From contig OZ241863.1 of NCBI GenBank assembly GCA_965203055.1, positions 3,008,001 to 3,072,000 of the forward strand: a stretch of 64,000 nt of DNA, read 5' to 3'. The notes under the pieces were generated by a model that saw only the letters and a list, made by a program, of their open reading frames with translations, was not told the DNA's origin and did not search any database. The DNA is from Spirochaetia bacterium (GTDB taxonomy: Bacteria; Spirochaetota; Spirochaetia; SZUA-6; Bin103). Every line of letters begins with the position of its first letter. The stretch's first letter is position 1. This document shows positions 41,734 through 51,753 of this stretch, piece after piece. The translations under genes were made by a program, and so were the position numbers.

Positions 41734-42136
41734 CAACTCCCCTCCTGCCGCTGTGCGGCTCAGTATATCGCCCATCGCCTCGGGCGTGTCTTCAGGCCCC
41801 GTCTCCGCGATATAGTGCATGAACATCTTCATGTCGTCCTGACCGCCGCTTCCTTCCCGCTCCAAGTCGTCCAGCAGCGGCCGCATCCGCGCCCGTGCCT
41901 CCCGCACCGCGCGGCTGAAGGCGTGCATCATCGTCAGTTGCAGCAACCGCGCCCGGACGCTGCCGGCCGCCTGCGCCGGCGACATTTGAGTCTGGTCGAA
42001 CAGCACGTGCTCGAACCGGGGCAGCCATGGCCAGTCCCGCGTTGCGGCCGGAAACAGGTCAGCGAACTGCGGGGAGTGCTGCCAGCCGGTGGGACCCTGG
42101 TAGAAGACCAGCGGCAGGATCGGGCGCAGGTAGCCG
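41476..42136 (-). pseudogene. Rpn (YhgA-like/transposase_31) nuclease, 5'-truncated, copy 1
   Basis: LRPILPLVFYQG..W, GGELMT..ERLRQEG, C-terminal IERATGI; PD-(D/E)XK N-terminus absent. Confidence 0.82.
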
Positions 42137-42287
42137 GAATAACGGGCCGGCTGTCTGTGGCGCTTCAACGCGCGGCGGTCACGGCCGCCGAATCGATCAC
42201 GACGGGGCAGCCGCCGCCGCAAGCGGGCGCCGTGGCCGGTGGACAATCGACGCGCGTCATGCGCCGGCCAGGCCAGGCAGTCCGCTC

Positions 42288-43403
42288 TCAGGAGGAGTAG
42301 GGATCGGCGGCGTCGCGCAGGCCGTCGCCGAGGAAGTTGTAGAGCAGCACCGTAATCACCACGAAGATGCAGGGGATGAGCAGCCACGGCTGACTCGCCA
42401 CCGCCTGGAAGTTCTGCGCGTCCTGCAGCAACGTGCCCCAACTCACCGCCGGCGGCTGGATGCCGAGCCCCAGAAAGCTCAGCGCGGTTTCGCCCAGGAT
42501 CATCGCCGGAATCGCCAGCGTCAGCGACACGATGATGTAGCTCAGGAACGACGGCAGCAGGTGCCCGAAGATGATGGCGCGTTCGGGCGCCGCCGACACC
42601 ACCGCGGCCATCACGAAGTCCTCCTCCCGCAGGGACAGGAAGCGGCCGCGCACCACGCGCGCGAGCTGGGTCCAGCCGACCAGCGACAGGATCAGCGTGA
42701 TGGCGAAGTAGGTGGTGAGCACGCTCCACTGCCGGGGTACCGCCGCGGCCAGCCCCATCCACAGCGGAATGGTGGGAATGGAGGACAGCAGGTCGACCAG
42801 CCGCATCACCACCCGGTCCGCGATGCCGCCAAAGTAGCCGGCCAGCCCGCCTAGCAGCACTCCCAGAACGGTGCTTACCGCCACCCCCACCAGGCCGATC
42901 GACAGGGAGATGCGGGCGGCGTGGAGCACCCGCGAAAACAGATCGCGCCCCAGCCGGTCGGTACCGAACAGAAACAGGGGCGCCCCGTCTGCGGCTTCCG
43001 CGTCCGGCACGAACAGATGCGCGCGCGTCTTGAACAGGCCCCAGAAGCGGTACTCCTCGCCGGCGCCGAAGAACCGGATCGGGTAGCGCCGCTCGCGGTC
43101 GAGCTCGTAGATCTTGCGCATCGTGTAGGGGTGGCGCTCCTGCCGCAGGCCGTACACGTACGCCCCGCCGGCGCCGCCGGCCAGTCGGATGAGATTCGGC
43201 GGCGCGTTCAGGTAGTCGGGAAAGCGCGTGGTCACCCCGTACGGGGCGACGAAGTCCGCAAACAACGCCGCCGCGTACATGAGCGCCAGGGCGGGGCCCG
43301 CCACCAGCGCCAGCCGGTGGCGGCGAAACTTCCACCACATCATGCGCCACTGCGACGCGACGTAGTAGCGGTCGTCGGCGCCCGCCCGCGCGCGCGTGCT
43401 CAC
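42288..43403 (-). CDS. Family-5 (Opp/Dpp-type) ABC permease C
   Basis: FGTDRLGRDLFSR, ETALSFLGLGIQPP..SWG, FLGDGLRDAADP. Confidence 0.93.
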   Translation of the reverse strand: MSTRARAGADDRYYVASQWRMMWWKFRRHRLALVAGPALALMYAAALFADFVAPYGVTTRFPDYLNAPPNLIRLAGGAGGAYVYGLRQERHPYTMRKIYELDRERRYPIRFFGAGEEYRFWGLFKTRAHLFVPDAEAADGAPLFLFGTDRLGRDLFSRVLHAARISLSIGLVGVAVSTVLGVLLGGLAGYFGGIADRVVMRLVDLLSSIPTIPLWMGLAAAVPRQWSVLTTYFAITLILSLVGWTQLARVVRGRFLSLREEDFVMAAVVSAAPERAIIFGHLLPSFLSYIIVSLTLAIPAMILGETALSFLGLGIQPPAVSWGTLLQDAQNFQAVASQPWLLIPCIFVVITVLLYNFLGDGLRDAADPYSS

Positions 43404-44398
43404 GACTCGAGGCGATCGAACCGGATGCGGGGATCGACCCAGGCCAGCACGATGTCCGAGATGAGGTTGCCGACCAGCACCAGGACGCTGAGGATCAGCA
43501 CGAAGCTGCCCGCCAGGTACATGTCCTGCGCCTGCAGCGCGCCCAGCAGCACCGGCCCGGTCGTCGGCAGATTGAGCACGATCGAGGTGATGGTCGCGCC
43601 GGAGATGATCGCCGGCAGCAGCCAGCCGATGCCGCTGATGATCGGGTTGACGGCAAGCCGCACCGGATACTTGAACAGCAGCCGGCCTTCACCGACCCCC
43701 TTGGCGCGCGCGGTCACCACGTACTGCTTGCGCAGCTCGTCCAGCAAGGTGCCGCGCATGACGCGGATCAACCCCGCCATCCCCGCGGTCCCGACCACCA
43801 GGACCGGCGCCCAGAGCCGTTGCAACATGCTCCACACCCGCGCCAGACTCCACGGCGCGTCGACGTACTCGGGCGCGAACAACCCGGTAATGGCGACGCC
43901 GAAGTAGCGGAACGCAATCCACAGGAGCACCAGCGCGAGCAGGAAGTTCGGGATCGCCAGCCCCACGAATCCCCAGAAGGTCCAGAAGTAGTCGAAGAAG
44001 GAATACTGCCGCACCGCCGAATAGACGCCGATCGGCACCGCCGTCAGGTAGGTGAAGATCAGGGTCGAGATGGTCACCACCAGCGTCAGTCCGATGCGCT
44101 CGCCGATCACGGCGGACACCGGCCGGTCATGGGCGAAGGACCAGCCGAGGTTGCCGCGCAGCACGATGTTGCGCAGCCACAGCAGGTACCGGGTATGGAC
44201 CGGCTTGTCCAGGCCGTAGTAGGCGGCGAGATTGGCCACCTGTTCGTCGGTGACCCGGTTCCCCTGGATCTCCAACTGCAGCATGTACGAGCTGAGATAA
44301 TCTCCCGGCGGGAGCTCGATGATCGCAAAGCTCACCGCCGAGATCAGGAACAGGAGCGGCACGAAGGCCGCCACCCGGCGCGCGACGTATTCAAGCAT
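43400..44398 (-). CDS. Family-5 ABC permease B
   Basis: LPPGD, YGLDKP, YVVTARAKG, DPRIR. Confidence 0.93.
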   Translation of the reverse strand: MLEYVARRVAAFVPLLFLISAVSFAIIELPPGDYLSSYMLQLEIQGNRVTDEQVANLAAYYGLDKPVHTRYLLWLRNIVLRGNLGWSFAHDRPVSAVIGERIGLTLVVTISTLIFTYLTAVPIGVYSAVRQYSFFDYFWTFWGFVGLAIPNFLLALVLLWIAFRYFGVAITGLFAPEYVDAPWSLARVWSMLQRLWAPVLVVGTAGMAGLIRVMRGTLLDELRKQYVVTARAKGVGEGRLLFKYPVRLAVNPIISGIGWLLPAIISGATITSIVLNLPTTGPVLLGALQAQDMYLAGSFVLILSVLVLVGNLISDIVLAWVDPRIRFDRLES

Positions 44399-44421
44399 GT
44401 CCCCGCCGGGGCGCGGCGCGG

Positions 44422-46344
44422 TCAGTTCCCGTAATAGAGCTGCTCCGCGCTGTAGATCACCCACTGCGCCACGCCCTCGGTAAACACGTTGCGCAGTTGC
44501 CGGTTGACGATCAGCACGGTAGCCGGATTGTAGGTCACGTTGATCTGCGGGATGGTCTCGAAGAACGTCTGCCGGTAGCGGTCGACGATCTCCTGGTCCC
44601 ACGGGATTCCGGGACCGATGCCCAGGCCCAGGTCGTACAGCTCCCGGAACCACGCCGGCGGCTCCTCGCCCTGTTCGCCGCCCGACCGGTACCACTGCCG
44701 CCACGGCGGAATGTGGTTGATCAGGTGGTCCTTGGCATGGCCGAAGGCATGCAGCGTGGTCGCCTCGTTCCACAGCGTGTCGATCTGGTACTGGTTGGCG
44801 TTGCGGCGCTCTATGAACAGGCCGATCTCCACCACCCCCAGGGTGGTATACAGCCCCACCGCGCGGTAATGCTCGACGACCAGCTCGTTGGCCGGCACCG
44901 TGTCCGGCAGGTGCGCGGTCACCTCCAGGGCGATCTCGAAGCGCGACCCGTCGGGCGCCAGACGCCAACCGTCGGCGTCGCGCTGGTCCAGGCCCACCGC
45001 ATCCAGCAGCCGATTCGCCTCCTCGGGATCGTAGGCGGCGGGAATCCACTCCGGCGGCGACGCGAAGCCGTAGTACACCGCGTCGATGATCTCGCCGCGG
45101 TCGATCGCCAGGTTCAGCGCTTGGCGGAAGCGCAGGTCGCCGGCGAGCCGGCGCCACGTCGGGTCCTCGTAGCCGAAGTTGAAGGCGTGCACCACCGGGT
45201 TGTAGGCGACCCCGGAGGTGAGCGCCCGGTACCCCTTGTCCTCGTTTTCGCGGTAGAGCGGCAGGGACGATATCTTCGCCAGCTCGTCGGCCAGGTCGAC
45301 CTCCCCGGCGATGATCTTGAGGCTGGCGCCCTCCGGACCCTCCACCTTGGTGCTGACGATGCGGTCGATGTAGGGAAGCTGATTGCCGGCGGCGTCGACC
45401 TTGAAGTAGTAGGGGTTGCGCTCGAACACGGTCTGCGTCGGCGAGGTGCCGGTCACCACCCACGGATGCAGCACGGGAATGTCGACCACGTCCGGGGTCT
45501 TCGCTTCCCAGGGCGTGAGCATCTTGATCTGGAACAGGCGCGGCCACTCGTCGGCCAGCAGATCGGCGGCCGCGACCTTGGCCGCCAACTCCTCGGCGTC
45601 GGCGAAGTTGGCGTGGAACTGGGACAGGTAGTGCCGGGGCTGCAAGAAGCCGGTGTAGTCCATCCACGGCTTGTCGATTTCGTCCAGGAACCCGGGCGTC
45701 GGCGCCGAGAAGGTGATGCGATACGAGTAGTCGTCGATCACTTCCAGGTCGTAGACGTCCCCGGTGGGGCGCAGCCCGGAGCGGTACTGCCAGCCGACGT
45801 TGGGGGTGAGCTGCTCGTTGAGCAGGATCTCCTCGTAATGGAACGCCACGTCCGCCGTGGTCAGCGGTTCGCCGTCCGACCAGCGCATGCCGCGGCGCAA
45901 CTGAAAGGTGAACGTGGTGCCGTCCGGACTGATCTCGTAGCTCTCGTAGATGTTGCCGGTAAGCGGATGCCCCATGCTGATCCAGCCCGGCCGCGCCAGC
46001 AGCGTCTCGATGGTCATGAAGTACATCTCCGGCGCGAAGTTGGGCGCCAGGTTGATCAGCCGCACGTCGCCGCCGTAGGCGCCGATCGCCAGCTCGTCGA
46101 GCATGCCGTCGGGAGCGGCGCTCCGTTCCAGCGTGAGCACCAGCGGGTTCTCCGGGAGCCGCTCGTTCACCGGGGGCAGTTCGCCGGCGGCCACGCGCGC
46201 CGCCAGCAGCGGCGCTTCCTGATAGCCTCCGGCGCCGGTCGCGGCGCTCATGGGGGCGGCGCCTGCGGACTCTTCCTGACCGGTCGCCGCGGCCAGGACG
46301 CTGCCCGCCAGGAGCAGCGCAACTGTCATCAACACTCGATTCAC
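44422..46344 (-). CDS. Family-5 ABC substrate-binding protein (oligosaccharide-type subfamily)
   Basis: EAPLL...GELPPV.ERLP.NP, LRRGMRWSDGEP.T, RNPYYFKVD..GNQLPYID; GGAGG RBS. Confidence 0.92.
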   Translation of the reverse strand: MNRVLMTVALLLAGSVLAAATGQEESAGAAPMSAATGAGGYQEAPLLAARVAAGELPPVNERLPENPLVLTLERSAAPDGMLDELAIGAYGGDVRLINLAPNFAPEMYFMTIETLLARPGWISMGHPLTGNIYESYEISPDGTTFTFQLRRGMRWSDGEPLTTADVAFHYEEILLNEQLTPNVGWQYRSGLRPTGDVYDLEVIDDYSYRITFSAPTPGFLDEIDKPWMDYTGFLQPRHYLSQFHANFADAEELAAKVAAADLLADEWPRLFQIKMLTPWEAKTPDVVDIPVLHPWVVTGTSPTQTVFERNPYYFKVDAAGNQLPYIDRIVSTKVEGPEGASLKIIAGEVDLADELAKISSLPLYRENEDKGYRALTSGVAYNPVVHAFNFGYEDPTWRRLAGDLRFRQALNLAIDRGEIIDAVYYGFASPPEWIPAAYDPEEANRLLDAVGLDQRDADGWRLAPDGSRFEIALEVTAHLPDTVPANELVVEHYRAVGLYTTLGVVEIGLFIERRNANQYQIDTLWNEATTLHAFGHAKDHLINHIPPWRQWYRSGGEQGEEPPAWFRELYDLGLGIGPGIPWDQEIVDRYRQTFFETIPQINVTYNPATVLIVNRQLRNVFTEGVAQWVIYSAEQLYYGN

Positions 46345-46470
46345 CGTGTTCCTCCGTCTCTCGGTCGGTCGTCGGTCGATGCAGCCCAGTATATGCCGGT
46401 CCCGCTGCGCCCACAATCGGCGGGGCAGCGGTCAGCAGCGGCCAGCGGTTACCTGCCTCAAGCGTTACCG

Positions 46471-49400
46471 TTACCCGGTGAGCGGCACCCGGATGCGCCC
46501 GCCGGCGCCGGGACCGAAGTCGGCGGAGGCTTCCGCTACGGGACGGCCGCCGGCATCGAGCACCCGGGCCGTGTAGCGGGCGGCGGCCGGCACCATGTTC
46601 CGCGCCTCGATGACGACGGCGCCGCCTGAGCGCCACGCGCGCACCCGATCGACCGTCTCCAGGGCGCCGACCCAGTCCCGTTGCGGCGCATCGCCCAGCC
46701 GGCAGGTCACGTCTCCGTAGCGGGCCAGGATTGGATCCACGTCCAAGCCCTCGGCCAGCATGTACATGCTCAGGATCGCCCCGTACTTGGTGGTCCAGTT
46801 GCCCCGGTAGGGCCAAGCCGGGAGCACGTCTTCCGTACCGCCGCCCAGGCAGGCGGCGTCGAACCGGGTATCGGGATTGAACGCATGCTGCGCCGGTACC
46901 CGCGCTTCCGACTGATAGTGCGCGTTGAGCCAGCGCCGCTTCTCTTCCGTCAGCGAGCTCTGCACCCCTTGATGCAGCAGCGCCCGGGCGCGCTCGAACC
47001 ACTCCGGGTCGGCGGTGTGACGCCACAGCCGCATCAGCTCCGCGGCGCCCTGGGCGTATACCAGATTGTTGGTGGAGTACTTGACGTCGACGGTGGTGCC
47101 GCCGACCGTCCGGTAGTCCCAACGGCCCAGCGGCAGGTGCTCCAGGCCGTCGGTGCGGACGTTGTAGTGGTACTGCCAGCTCCCGAACCAGCTCGCCGCC
47201 ACTTCCGCGGCGGCCAGCCAGCGCCGGTCGCCGGTGGCGGCGTACAGGTCGTTGTGGGCGGCCAGCAGCGCGTGGCCCTGGCGCTTGTCGATGTTGTAGA
47301 AATCCATCTCGGAGCCGGCGAAGACCGCGAAGCGCTCCATCACCTGCAGCGCCAGCTCGCCCAGCCGCACGGCGTAGTCCAGATAGCGCTGCTCGTTGCA
47401 GTGGCGGGCGGCCCGCACGTACGCCCAGATCAGATAGATGAAGTTGGTGGCGCCGCGCTCGCTCGGCTTGAGGAAGCGGATGTCCGCCGCGCGGGTCTGA
47501 CGGTCGGTCCAGCGCGAGCGCTCCCAGTAGAGGAGCCGGATGCGCCGCGCGGCCGGCTTGCCGGTGGCGCCGTCGATGCGCCCCGGTACGTCGGCGTCGG
47601 GAAACAGCTCCATGATCCGGTCGAGGGAGCCGCGCACCGCCGGCAGCCAGCTCCGCGGCGGCTCGCTCCCGTGCCGCCGGAACCGCTCGGCGCAGCGCAG
47701 ATACCAGTACAGCCCCTCGCCCAGCGGCCCCACGTCGATGCGGCCGGGGTCGTAGTAGGTGCCGAAGGCGTCGACGATCCCGGCGTGGTCCTCATGGTAA
47801 GTGGGATAGAGGATGCCGAGCGGCGAAATGCCGTGCTCGGCGAAGAAGTCGAGTGTGTCGACGGCGACCCGCACCGCGCCGCCGTCGTCGTGGCGCAGGC
47901 CGTGATCGAGGGCCGCATGGGCCGCCAGACCGGCCATGCCGGACCATGAGAAGCCGACGAAGCGATGGAAGTATTCCTTGGGCAGGAACCGCCCGTCGCC
48001 GGCCGGCGCATCGCCGTACACCCAGCGACCGACGTAGAAGACGCGGTAGGTCCGCCCGCCGCGCGTGATCTCCTGCATCAGCCCGCGGTCGTCGAGCATG
48101 GTCCGCAGGCGCAGATCGCAGTCGGCGCGCAGGGTGTGCGGCGGGTTGGTGGGGGAGTCGGGGTAGAGCTGGCGCCACGCCGCCGAGAGCGCGCCGCAGT
48201 AGCCGGGCCGGTAGACGGCGCCGCGGCGGCGGGCGGCGGCGTACAGATAGAGCGTCTTGGCGTACCGGGCGCCATCCTCCAGGGTGAGCCGTTCGTCGCT
48301 GTCCAGCAGCAGCCGGCGTCCGAACACGGCCGACTCCGGTACCTGATGCACCGCCTCGTACCGGCCCGACTCGGGGTCGACCTGCAACCGCACGCTAGCG
48401 GCCGCGTCGGCAGCGCGGCGCTGCGGCGCCGCCCAGCCGGCGCACACCCGCTCCGCGTCCTCGACGCTGAACCCGGCGGGGAGCGTGGAGGCCGCCTCGG
48501 GAAAGTCCTCGCCCAGGTAGTGGCACGCCTCGGCGGTGGGGTTGCCGTCGTACAGGAGCCCGGGGTGCAGGGTATGGCGCGCATGCGCGGCGGCAATCGG
48601 CAGGCGGCTGGTGAGCAGCAGCTTGACCCCGCTCAGCGCCGTCCCCCGGTAGCGCCAAGTGACCGACACGCGCCACAGGTCGGCGGCGCATGGCGCGACC
48701 GCGGCGTCGCAATAGAGCGAGCCGACCACCCCGCCCCGGCTGCGGTCGCGTATCTCGAAGAGACCGCCCGCGCCGCCGGCGCCGTCGACGCCCTGCGCGG
48801 CGGTCACGGTGAACCGTTCCGGCAACAGCGTCTCGAAGTCGAAGTTGCGCGCGCGGTCTCCCGCTTCGTCGACGCGCCGCGGGCTCGGGGCGCCGTCGGT
48901 CTGGCGGATGTCGTCGACCAGGATGAAGCCCCAGTCATCCTCCGGATAGCGGGGCGCGGCGTGCCAACCCCACGGTTCCACGGGAGCGTAGTCGAGTATC
49001 TGCAGGTACGCCTGCCGGCCGCGGAACTCCGCCACGTCCCAGCCGCGCCGCACCAGCTCCAGGTTGCGTTCGCCGGTAGCGGACCGCACCCGTTCCCAGC
49101 CGGCGGCGCCGTTCACGTACAGGTTCAGGCAGGTGACGTCCGCGAAGTCGCCGCCGCCGATCAGGAAGTCGATGCCGGCGCCGGCGATGGTGAATACCTC
49201 CGACTGCAGCTCGCCGATCAGGGTGCCCAGATTGCGGTTCTTGCTGTTCACCAGGCGCCGGCCCTGAAAGCCGGTCACCGCTCCCTGGCCGGGGAAGGCG
49301 CCGAGCGCCGGCTGCATGCCGAACGCCGTTCCGTTGGGCCGCACCTGGCCGGTGTCGTGGACGTTGAACGGAACCGAGCGAGAATCCCAGGCGCCGGCCA

Positions 49401-49509
49401 CGGGATGCCATCCCCGGTAGCGGTTCTGGCGGATATCGATGCCGGCGGTCAGTTCGACGGCGGCGGCCGCCGGCCCGACCGGCCAGCGCAGCGCGGTGCC
49501 CGCGGTCAC
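46471..49509 (-). CDS. Large hypothetical protein, glycoside hydrolase-like (alpha/alpha-barrel C-terminus)
   Basis: N-terminal GELQSEVFTI...IDFLIGGG...WGFILVDDI module; C-terminal LYAATGDRRWL..A and LWRHT.D.EW.ERA helical repeats. Confidence 0.55.
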   Translation of the reverse strand: MTAGTALRWPVGPAAAAVELTAGIDIRQNRYRGWHPVAGAWDSRSVPFNVHDTGQVRPNGTAFGMQPALGAFPGQGAVTGFQGRRLVNSKNRNLGTLIGELQSEVFTIAGAGIDFLIGGGDFADVTCLNLYVNGAAGWERVRSATGERNLELVRRGWDVAEFRGRQAYLQILDYAPVEPWGWHAAPRYPEDDWGFILVDDIRQTDGAPSPRRVDEAGDRARNFDFETLLPERFTVTAAQGVDGAGGAGGLFEIRDRSRGGVVGSLYCDAAVAPCAADLWRVSVTWRYRGTALSGVKLLLTSRLPIAAAHARHTLHPGLLYDGNPTAEACHYLGEDFPEAASTLPAGFSVEDAERVCAGWAAPQRRAADAAASVRLQVDPESGRYEAVHQVPESAVFGRRLLLDSDERLTLEDGARYAKTLYLYAAARRRGAVYRPGYCGALSAAWRQLYPDSPTNPPHTLRADCDLRLRTMLDDRGLMQEITRGGRTYRVFYVGRWVYGDAPAGDGRFLPKEYFHRFVGFSWSGMAGLAAHAALDHGLRHDDGGAVRVAVDTLDFFAEHGISPLGILYPTYHEDHAGIVDAFGTYYDPGRIDVGPLGEGLYWYLRCAERFRRHGSEPPRSWLPAVRGSLDRIMELFPDADVPGRIDGATGKPAARRIRLLYWERSRWTDRQTRAADIRFLKPSERGATNFIYLIWAYVRAARHCNEQRYLDYAVRLGELALQVMERFAVFAGSEMDFYNIDKRQGHALLAAHNDLYAATGDRRWLAAAEVAASWFGSWQYHYNVRTDGLEHLPLGRWDYRTVGGTTVDVKYSTNNLVYAQGAAELMRLWRHTADPEWFERARALLHQGVQSSLTEEKRRWLNAHYQSEARVPAQHAFNPDTRFDAACLGGGTEDVLPAWPYRGNWTTKYGAILSMYMLAEGLDVDPILARYGDVTCRLGDAPQRDWVGALETVDRVRAWRSGGAVVIEARNMVPAAARYTARVLDAGGRPVAEASADFGPGAGGRIRVPLTG

Positions 49510-49753
49510 CGGCCCTCCGCGTGCGGCGCGCCCGCCGGGACGGCGGGCAACGAGATGGTGAGCGGCGCGCCGGGTCCAGCCTCCGCTATGGCGTGCGATG
49601 TCGCGACGACGGTCGGGCGCGTCATGCGACGGCTATGCGGTCCGCAACTCCGATACCGCCGGACGAGTCGGTCCTGCGCGCCGGCATCCCGCTCAGCCGT
49701 GCCGGCGGCTCCTGGTGAACGGCGGGGTGACTGATTTCCTCGGCGTGTCGTCG

Positions 49754-50035
49754 TCAGGTCCTGTCGCCGCCCGCCGCGGCCGCGCCGTTGGGTTGGCTCT
49801 TGAGCTTCTGATACTCCTGCTCGCCGATCCCGGTCGCCCGCTTGATCAACGACCAGTCGACGCCGGTCCGCAGGAAACCGTCGATCATCTCCAGCCGCCC
49901 CTCGCGCTGGCCTTCCAGGCGGCCTTCGCGGTGGCCTTCCTGTTGGCCTTCGCTCCGGCCCTCGCGGTGCCGCCGTTCGGCAACCGCTCGCATCTCGTCG
50001 CGCCCTTCCTGGCGCAGCCGCTCGCCGCTCGTCAT
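49754..50035 (-). CDS. Putative internally initiated Rpn C-terminal small protein (93 aa)
   Basis: Same GGAGGGGAG RBS + ATG; EGRx/EGQx 4-aa repeats. Confidence 0.55.
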   Translation of the reverse strand: MTSGERLRQEGRDEMRAVAERRHREGRSEGQQEGHREGRLEGQREGRLEMIDGFLRTGVDWSLIKRATGIGEQEYQKLKSQPNGAAAAGGDRT

Positions 50036-50752
50036 CAGCTCCCCTCCTGCCGCCGTGTGGCTCAGTATATCGCCCATCGCCTCGGACGTGTCCTCAGGTC
50101 CCGTCTCCGCGATCGGCTCGCCGGTATCGGGATCGATCGGCCCCCGATCGTAGTCAGGCCATCCGTTCCTGCCTGGGTAGTAGTAGTGGTCGTCATGGCC
50201 TGCCACCAACCTGAACGACCCATCTGCGGAAGCGATGCCTTCCAGATCGGCCAGATCGTCGTGCCAATCTGTATCGTCGAGATCCTCCGGTGGGGGCCGG
50301 TCGAGCGGTCGACCGGAGTAGTCGCTGTCTACGGAAGCTTTCTTCTTGCCCATCCCTTCGCCATCAATAGCCTGTCGATATAGTGCATGAACATCTTCAT
50401 GTCGTCCTGACCGCCGCTTCCTTCCCGCTCCAAGTCGTCCAGCAGCGGCCGCATCCGCGCCCGCGCCTCCCGCATCGCGCGGTTGAAGGCGTGCATCATC
50501 GTCAGTTGCAGCAACCGCGCCCGGACGCTGCCGGCCGCCTGCGCCGGCGATATCTGAGTCTGGTCGAAGAGCACGTGCTCGAACCGGGGCAGCCATGGCC
50601 AGTCCCGCGTTGCGGCCGGGAACAGGTCAGCGAACTGCGGGGAGTGCTGCCAGCCGGTGGGCCCCTGGTAGAAGACCAGCGGCAGGATCGGGCGCAGGTA
50701 GCCGGCATCCTGGTGGTCCCGGCGGTCGTGCTCCCAGATGCGGCAGCAGTAG
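49754..50752 (-). pseudogene. Rpn nuclease, 5'-truncated copy 2, interrupted by a 266-bp insertion
   Basis: YCCRIWEHD...LRPILPLVFYQG; near-identical to 41476-42136 except the insert at 50114-50379 and repeat number. Confidence 0.82.
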
Positions 50753-50831
50753 CCGGGCGGCGGTGGCGGTGCCTGACCCGCTCGGAGTATGGTGGCAGTG
50801 GATCGCGGCGTCCCGATCCAGGCGTTCAATC

Positions 50832-51704
50832 ATGGCATCCAGCGTTCTGAAAGAGATCGACCGGCTCAAGGGGGAGCTCGACGAATTGCGGCCGCTGCCG
50901 CCGGAGGTGGTCGCCCGCGTCGAACAGAAGCTGCGGATCGAGTCCAACTACCATTCCAACGCGGTCGAAGGCAATGCGCTCACCCTGGGCGAAACCCGGA
51001 GCCTGATCCTCCATGGCCTCACCGCGCGCGGCAAGCCGATGCGCGACCACCTGGACATCCAGGGACACGACCAGGCCGTCAAGACGATCGAACGGGCGGT
51101 CAAGGACGAAGAACCGCTCACCGAAGTCTTCATCCGCAACCTCCATCGCGTGCTGTTGAAGGAACCGTACGAAAACGCGGCGGTCACCCCGGACGGCCGC
51201 CGCTCCACGCGCCGCATTACGCCCGGCGACTACAAGACCACGCCGAACAACGTGGTGACCTCGACCGGCGAGATATATCACTTCACGCCGCCGGAGCAGG
51301 TGAAGCCGGCGATGAGCGATCTCATCGACTGGTACCGCGCTCGGGAGGCCGCCGGCGAACATCCGATCATCACCGCCGCAACCGTCCACTACCGATTCGT
51401 GCGCATCCACCCGTTCGACGACGGCAACGGACGCATGGCGCGCCTGCTGATGAACCTGATCCTGATCCGGCACGGCTACACCGTGGCCATCGTCCAGAGC
51501 GACCACCGAGAGCGCTACCTGCAAGAGCTCGAACGCGCCGATCGGACCGAAGACCTCGCGCAGTTCATCGACTACATCGCCTCCTGCAGTCGGTATGCGC
51601 TGACCCTGTACCTCAACGCCGCCCGCGGGGAACCGATCGAAGCTCCTGAAGACATCGACCGCGAAATAGCGCTCTTCAAGCGCACCATCCTGCGCGACGC
51701 CTGA
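50832..51704 (+). CDS. Fic family protein (class II, N-terminal inhibitory motif)
   Basis: HPFDDGNGRMAR; inhibitory SNAVEGN. Confidence 0.93.
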   Translation: MASSVLKEIDRLKGELDELRPLPPEVVARVEQKLRIESNYHSNAVEGNALTLGETRSLILHGLTARGKPMRDHLDIQGHDQAVKTIERAVKDEEPLTEVFIRNLHRVLLKEPYENAAVTPDGRRSTRRITPGDYKTTPNNVVTSTGEIYHFTPPEQVKPAMSDLIDWYRAREAAGEHPIITAATVHYRFVRIHPFDDGNGRMARLLMNLILIRHGYTVAIVQSDHRERYLQELERADRTEDLAQFIDYIASCSRYALTLYLNAARGEPIEAPEDIDREIALFKRTILRDA

Positions 51705-51753
51705 GATATTCGATGGAGGTCATGCAGCGGTGGAGCACCGGCGTCGATTAGCA

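Noticed and set aside
41476..43350. 624-aa ORF suggesting a long Rpn or permease fusion
   Set aside because: N-terminal part is an alternate frame of the permease; only the last ~220 aa are Rpn-like
43400..47122. 1240-aa ORF ending in an ABC permease
   Set aside because: Upstream part is an off-frame overlap of the SBP gene; real start is 44398
41400..50752. Rpn copies as DGR template/variable repeats or as IS ends
   Set aside because: No reverse transcriptase, differences are not adenine-specific, and no TIR or TSD was found
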